Source: Octopus sinensis
Lineage: Eukaryota
DNA length: 40,458 bases
NCBI RefSeq assembly: GCF_006345805.1
Contig: NW_021835441.1
Location: 1 to 40,458 of the forward strand
Direction: 5' to 3'
Position numbers and translations under genes: made by a program. Below are positions 33,571 to 40,458 of this stretch, one piece after another. How positions within the stretch are numbered: the stretch's first letter is position 1; each line of letters begins with the position of its first letter. Below the pieces are notes generated by a model. It made no database searches, was not told the DNA's origin, and worked only from the letters and a program-made list of their open reading frames with translations.

Positions 33571-33913
33571 GTTTCTTTATTAGCCACACAGGGCTGCACA
33601 CAAACAGGACAAATTACAAGGTAGAGCTTTTCTTTTGGGGATAAAAAAGGGGGTTTGGTTTTCGATCGAAAGGGATCGTAAAAGGAAAGAAAGAGGGAGA
33701 AAAAGGGGGGATAAAAAATAAAAGGAAAAGGAAAAAAAATTGATCAATAGGGATCGTTATCACAAATGTCAATATAAAGTGTAAAGGGGAGGACAGGTGA
33801 GGTTTACCCGTGGAAAGAAAAGCCTACGGAAAAGACCACGGTAACTTCGGTCAATGAAGTCACATGTTATTTTTTTTTACAAATAAGCAACTCTCTGTAT
33901 TAATTTTTACGGT

Positions 33914-36900
33914 TCATAGGATCATAGTCAAGGTGGCTTCGTCATTCATACGTGCCATCCTTGCTACATTCGCCCATCTTTTTTTAAAACATTCACTAGA
34001 CAAAACTTGCCTCTCTACTCTCACTTTCCTCTTCAAGTGATACTTGAAGAAGTTGATGAGAGATTGACCAGAGAGGAAAGTGTTTGTCTCTAATCCTTTC
34101 AGGCGCGTCCACCAGATACATTCTTTCGCCATAGACACAAGTATGATAAAAATAGCTCTTCCTTCCCGTTTGAAGGAAGGAGGCGTGACGATATTAACGA
34201 TAGACTCGGCTGATAATCCGACACGTCCCACACGTGACAGCAGTCGTTCGACATAAGCCCACAGGTCGGAGATTGTTGGACACTGCACGATTGCGTGCAG
34301 AACGGTTTCGTCGCTCTGCCCGCATCTCGGGCAGATCGGCCCCGTTTTTCTCGAGCCATGCCTATAGAGCTTATCCCGAACGGGTAGCGCTTCTCGGTAG
34401 CACTGCCAGGCCAGGGATCTCTGGAAGTTGTCCATAGGTCCCGGCCCGAAAGTCGTTCCAAACAGGCGGGTCAGGTATTCCTCGTCGACGCCCAGGTTTG
34501 CCCCAAGATCGTCGTCGTACCTCCCCTCCATTAATCCCCTATAGAATGCTTTGGTTGTGTTGAAGTCACTCAAGGTCGACCCGGGACGGCAGAGTTGCTT
34601 GAGAGCAACGCGACACTCGCGGTGCCATTCGCCCTTCCTCGGCCTCTTTTTGATCCACGAGTTACGGGAAAGCGTGCCTCACAAACGGCGATCACACCTG
34701 TTCACCGTCGTCTACATAGAGCCGGAGATGTCGCAGTCTCAGCGCGTGTCTGCGCATCATCAACCACAGCATGCCCAGCCCTCCTTTTAACGGGTGTTGA
34801 CAGCAAATGGATCGCCTGACCATCGGGACGCATCCTTTCCACAAGAAGCGGAAGAGAATGCGTTCTAGTTTGGTAGGGTCGGGACAAGGTACGACGGTCA
34901 GGCGGTAGTAGATGATGGACGCGATGTACGTGTTCGCGCCCGACCTTTTAGGGACAGTTTCCTCTCAGCCCATTGCCGGGCGAGAATGACCACCCTACTC
35001 GTTACCTCGTTCCAGTTCTTCTCCATTTGGAGGTCCGGACCGATCAGACCCCGAGCAACGGAGGTACTAGTGGACGGCATGGGCTTGCTTCTCCAGGTGC
35101 TGAGCCGCAAGCCCACTGACTTTTCCCGGTTAATTTTCGCTCCTGTCACCGCTTCGTAGTCTTTCAGTGTCTCGCCGACCAGCACGATGTGCTCGTGGCT
35201 TGACACTATGACGGTGACGTCGTCCGCTTATGCAGACACGCTCGTCCTGCATCCCAATTCTCGCGGGATGCCCCTCAGAGTCGTCAGCTTCCACAGTAGT
35301 GGCTCGAGAGTCAATACGTATAGAAGCGACTAGAGGGGGCATCCCTGACGGACCGAACGTGCAATGTCGAAAGGTCTCGATAGATGTCCATTTACGCGAA
35401 TTACCGAACGGATGCTTCTGTACAAAGCAGCTATCCAGCTGCAGAAGACGGGACCGAAACCAGCCGCTCTTAGGACTGCCTCCAAGTATCGATGGTCTAC
35501 CCTATCGAAGGCTTTCGATTGATCCAAATTGATCAGGGCCCCACCCATGCCAGGTTCCTTAACTACTCTGTCTATGATGTAGCGCATCAAATGGAGGTTG
35601 TCATGGATGCTCCGGCCCGGCATGGCGCACATTTGTGCCTTGTCGAACAGTTTCTCGGTGACAAGCGCCAACCTCTTGGTCAAAATTTTCAGGTCTGCAT
35701 TGAGCAGAGTGATTGGCCTAATGTTATCTATAATGTCCCCCTTGTTTGGATCTTTCTTCAGCAGCGTTACGGCTCCTCGACTCACAAAACCGGGTATGCT
35801 CCCGTTTTGCTGCCAGTTGCAGTATACCGCTGCCAAGATGTCTCCAAACAAGTCTGACATACAATTGTAAAACTCGTAGGGCAGACCATCCTAACCCGGC
35901 GATTTGTCTCTCGAGCATTCTGCCATTGCGTCCCGCACATCCGCCGCCGTGATGGCACCTTCGCAGCACTCTGCCTCTCTTGCCGAGAGTCGTAGCAGGC
36001 CGTGCAGGTAGGCACTGAAGTCCACCCTGCTCACCACCCGTCCCGTTCAGTCGGGCAAAGTGCCGCTGAAATGCCTCGCACATCTTGCTGGGCTTGAGCA
36101 ATTCGCGCCCTTGTTCATCTACCAGAGACAAAATGGTGGCTTTGTTGCCCTGCTACGCCTCCGCCACCCGGGCCTCCCTTGCGGCTCCAACACTTTCCAT
36201 CCTTAGAGCGCGCATCCTAGCCCTGACAGCACACCCTTCGTGTTTGGCGTTGAAGTATTGGTCAAGGGCCAACCTCGCCGCTAAAACGTCGGATGTGATG
36301 CCGCTTCTTATTGCCTCTTCTAACTTCTTAACTAACTCACCCTCTACTCTATTTCTATCTACGGCTAGTGCCTTGCTATATCTTATTGCTTCCGCTTTTA
36401 CTGCTCTCTTGAGGGCGAACCACCATTTGTTGTTGACAATGGCTCCCGTTAAAGCCCTTTTTACTAACATGTTGATTCTGTCTCTGAAAACCTGTCTGGA
36501 CGGGAAAGATGCGTTCAGTTTCCAGTGACCGGGACCCTGTCTATGTGCCTTATCTAAGTCTAGCGTACACGTCACGAATTTGTGATCCGTGTAGCTGACT
36601 GTGTGGAATTGTGGACATCCTAAGTTATCCCTGTCTACTGTCCTACACAGTATCCTATCTAGATACCATCTTGACGACCCACTGCAGTTGGTGCATTTGG
36701 GTGGTCGAGTCGGTACCTGTCAGACAGTTGGAATCGTCTGAGCAGGTCTCTGAGGCAGTTGCATCCCCTTCTGATTTTGTCTCTCCCCACATAGTCTAGA
36801 TGCGTGTCCAAGGTAGCATTCCAATCCCCCACTAAAAGTAAAGGACGAGACGTTCCCAGGAATACTTCTAGACGTCGAAAGAAATCCGGCCGACATGTTA

Positions 36901-37246
36901 AAGGCGGTGCGTAGACTGATACGAGTCGAAAAGCGCACCCATTGCTGCCGTCGACATCCAGAACGACCAGTCTACCCTCCGGGTCTACGAATATCGTCTT
37001 GACTTCGAGATCCAGGCTCTTGTGAAAAAGTACCGCGGTGCCACTACCGCCCATCCTCAGCAGACAGGAAGAAAAATAAATGTTAAACTGTCCGCCAAAC
37101 ATGGACTTTAGGGCCCGTGGCTCGTGGAGTCTGGTCTCACTTATGGCTATGATTCCCAAATCGTGTGACTTGATGTCATTTAGGAGGTACCCTTGTTTCC
37201 AAGGAGACCCCAAGCCACGTGCATTCACACAACCAATCTTGACCAT
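33914..37246 (-). pseudogene. Tx1/L1 ORF2 (APE endonuclease plus RT), frameshifted
   Basis: GCVNARGL, SETRL, SVYAP, GDWNA, LDRI, TDH; RPITLLN, DQSKAFDRV, RQGCPL, ADDV; CPRC-X8-H-X4-C. Confidence 0.92.
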
Positions 37247-37297
37247 GATTCTATATTGGGTGTGTGCTTTAAAACACAAAAAGGAAGGTACAGAGAG

Positions 37298-38680
37298 TTA
37301 CTTACATGTGTCGAAAGTTTTGACTTCCTCGTCCTTTGATGTGTCTTGGAGGAGGTTTTTGTAGAGTTTTTTCGAGAGATATTTTTGGAACCCCCCAACC
37401 GCATTTGGAAAGAGGGCTTTGAGTGTGTGGTGTTGTGCTTATGTGATGTGTAGTATTTTGATGTGTTTGGCAGGTGTAGTGCGTGGATGGTTGTTAGTTT
37501 TGAAGTCATCTTCACAGATGTTTGTGCGGGCTGTGATGTACTCCATTAGTTTTGGGTCTTTGGCGTCTATTGCTGATAGCATTGTGTGTTTTTTTGTGGT
37601 GTTGGTGCTGGTTTGGTTGTGTAAGGAGCTTTCAGGGTTCAGATATCTCCCTGCTTTGGTTGCATTTTCTTGTTTGGGTTTTTTTAATCTTTTTCTTTTA
37701 CCCCCGGTGGCTATTTGCCATTCTGTCGAACTTTCATCGTTAGACGAAAAGTCTGACGAATCAGAAGGGGGTAATGGCAAAGCATCTGGGTCTGTTTGTG
37801 CGGTTGTAGATATTGTTGTGGTGTGCGGGGGGTATTGCTGGGGGGTTTGGTGTGGTGATTGTCTCTTCTACATCCTCGGTGCTTGTCTTCTTCGTTGTTG
37901 TTCTTGGTTTGAAGTTTAGTTGTTTGGTGGTGGTGATTCTGTTCTTGGCGCAGGTTGTGGTGTTTGGTTGGGTTGGTCCGTTCTTTGTTGCTTTTCATGC
38001 ATTTCTGCATACAGCTTCTTGACTAGCCGTCCATATTGTGGTGTGGGCAATAATGCTGGCTTTTGTGGTTTTTCCTGTGGCTGTTGTTGTTGCTGTAATT
38101 TAGCGGCAGATTTGCACTCCTTTTTGAGGTGTGCCTCACTGCCACATGTATAGCATCGTGGCCTTCTGCCCTCGACTACTACATACAACTTGTGGTCTTC
38201 CGCAAGATGTATATGGGTGGGTATTTTGTTAATGGCGTCTTGGTTTATGTGGAGGAGAATCTCCAGTCTCTTTCCCACCCAGTTCTTGTGTTCCGAAACA
38301 GCGATTTGTAGGATGTTTATGTCCTCCATTTCGACGCATATGGCCGATGTTATCCATAGTGTGGTTGTTATTTGCGGGACATTATTGATAATGACTTGTG
38401 TTACTCTCTGGCCAAGGTAACTGGGTATCATTGTTAGCTCATCTGAATGAAGAGTTAGCATTGAGAATTGTTTTGCTAACTCTTCATTTTGAAAAACTAC
38501 CTGTACGTGGGCAAACTTGTTCGACCAAGTTACATACTCTTTGTATCCCCAGATGGGGCGTAGGTATTTTTCGATTTTGTCTGTGTTTGCTTTTTCTGGA
38601 CTTTTAGTTGTGTTGTTTATTATTTTATATATAATTGTTTTCTTTTTTTCGTCATCCAGTACGTGTTGTGGTATGTGTAA
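37298..38680 (-). pseudogene. Tx1/L1 ORF1, frameshifted
   Basis: CYTCGSEAHLKKEC knuckle, Gln/Pro-rich linker, ends ..VKTFDTCK* at 37298; start codon uncertain. Confidence 0.8.
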
Positions 38681-39541
38681 TTGCACTTTGCCGCTGGTTA
38701 GAAGCTGAAAGGCTGGTTGACCAGCGGTCACGTGAGAGGAGAAGAGAGAGAAAAACAAGGGGGCAAAGGAATCAAAGAGAGAGAGAGAAAAAGAGGGACG
38801 AAGGCACCAAATGGGGGAGAAGAGAGAGAAAGAAGGAATTAAAGAGGGGAGAAGAAAGAGAGCGTGCCAAGGATTGGCTTGGCGACAGAATCAGTGAGTG
38901 CAAAGTGAGAAAAACAGAGAAATGTGAAAGAGTGGGGGAAGAGTAGACCAAAGAATCAGAGGCAAGAAAAGAGAAAAGGAGGAGGAGAAGTAGAGAGAAA
39001 GAGACAGATCAAAGTAAAGTACAAAGTATGAAAGGCAGACAAATGTAGGAGAGAGAGACAGTGTTATAGAGTCGTACCAAATTTTAAGGAATATGTACTT
39101 ACATAAGGCCAAAGAGGGTACAGACGCCACTATATATATTATATGTAGAAAAATACAAACTGGGACAAGAACGTAAAACATTTAGAAGACGATACAAAAA
39201 ACACGGACGGGACATTCGAAGCCTTCAATCTTCAGTCAAGAACCGGATCATCCAAGCAATTTCAGCTGATTATATGCATGAATGAATGAATATCAGTAAA
39301 TCTAACTCTATGTTTACCTATCAAGCTATGTATGCATCTAACTGCTGTTTCTGTGCTTATTTAACTATATATATATATGTATATACACACACACAATTAA
39401 CTACATATATCTCTATCTGTTGTCTATCTATCTATGCATCTGTGTGTGTGAAAATTTTCCCCAGTATCAGTCATCATTCATTTAGCTGCAGCTGGATTGG
39501 TCTATTTAAACCCCTATACATATGTGTGTATGCACGTGGGA

Positions 39542-39576
<35 letters not shown>

Positions 39577-39638
39577 GCTATCTATCTATGTCTCTCAGTC
39601 TATTTGTCTCTGCTTGTCTATCACACTACATAACTCTT

Positions 39639-40037
39639 TACTCTTTTACTTGTTTCAGTCATTTGACTGCAGCCATGCTGGAGCACCGCCTTTAGTCGAG
39701 CAAATCGACCCCGGTACTTATTCTTTTGTAAACCCAGTATTTATTCTATCGGTCTCTTTTGCCGAACCGCTAAGTAACGGGGACATAAATTCACCAGCAT
39801 CGGTTGTCAAGCAATGCTAGGGGGATAAACACAGACACACAAACACACACGCACACATATATATACACATATACGACGGGCTTCTTTCAGTTTCCGTCTA
39901 CCAAATCCTCTCACAAGGCTTTGTACGGCCCGAGGCTATAGTAGAAGACACTTGCCCAAAGTACCACGCAGTGGGACTGAACCCGGAACCATGTGGTTGG
40001 TAAACAAGCTACTTACCACACAGCCACTCCTGCGCCT
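39639..40037 (-). mobile_element. SINE family A, full length, probable 9-bp TSD
   Basis: ATAACTCTT at 39630-39638 and 40038-40046; CpGs well retained. Confidence 0.92.
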
Positions 40038-40079
40038 ATAACTCTTACTGTATATTTATAAAACTCACTTATGGTAGAC

Positions 40080-40458
40080 AAATAAGAGGTGGTAGTGTTG
40101 GCAGTAATGGTGGCGGTAGTAGTAGTGGTGGTATTACTGGTGTTAATGGTGTGGTAGCGATCTTGTTGGTAATGGTGGTGGTTGTGCTGGTGCACATGGT
40201 GGCTATTATGGTGGTGGTGGTGGTGTATGTGATGTCACATGGGGGTTTACTTAAAATCTATTGTTACCGAGATTTCGATTGACTTTTATAATTCTATTAT
40301 CACAATTTTTGCTACCATAACACACAAACACACACTTACACATATTGGGTGTATAAACACACGTACACACACATATATATATATACACTACCACACATAC
40401 CCTGGAAATATATATATATACATGCTTGCATACATATATATATATATACATGTACATA
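40080..40458. repeat. (GGT)n and (TA/CA)n tracts
   Basis: Direct inspection. Confidence 0.9.

Larger units (their letters stand above)
33571..38733 (-). mobile_element. Near-full-length Tx1/L1-clade non-LTR retrotransposon, decayed
   Basis: ORF1 with CCHC knuckle, ORF2 APE-RT-CCHC, 3' UTR ending AATAAAGAAAC; multiple frameshifts. Confidence 0.9.

Noticed and set aside
38660-38733. HDV-like ribozyme at the Tx1 5' end
   Set aside because: Could not build the nested P1/P1.1/P2/P3 pseudoknot; only one stem is evident.

Overview
Eukaryotic, AT-rich, microsatellite-dense window made almost entirely of transposable elements. The SINE, RTE and Penelope families look like those I recall from octopod cephalopod genomes; the taxon is not verified. 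No host protein-coding gene can be supported, though a promoter-like island lies at about 4.8-5.55 kb. The centrepiece is an apparently intact and very young CsRn1-lineage Ty3/gypsy retrotransposon (11882-17180). It has 417-bp LTRs differing at 1 nt, an ATAG TSD, a tRNA-Trp PBS, a CHCC Gag motif, a -1 frameshift signal and a possible leader intron. It sits inside the GIY-YIG domain of an old Penelope-like element (PLE) that carries a twin-priming-type 5' inversion. Also present: a decayed near-full-length Tx1/L1 LINE (33571-38733, minus), RTE LINE fragments, four mariner relics, two non-autonomous Helitrons, MITEs and three tRNA-headed SINE families. The most notable observations are: (1) five hammerhead-ribozyme-like motifs, one with a perfect catalytic core, in short PLE-type pieces beside (TA)n arrays; (2) a SINE whose alternative 3' tail matches the 3' end of the neighbouring Tx1 LINE; (3) recurrent fold-back inverted duplications. 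All comparisons were done by eye and no searches were run.
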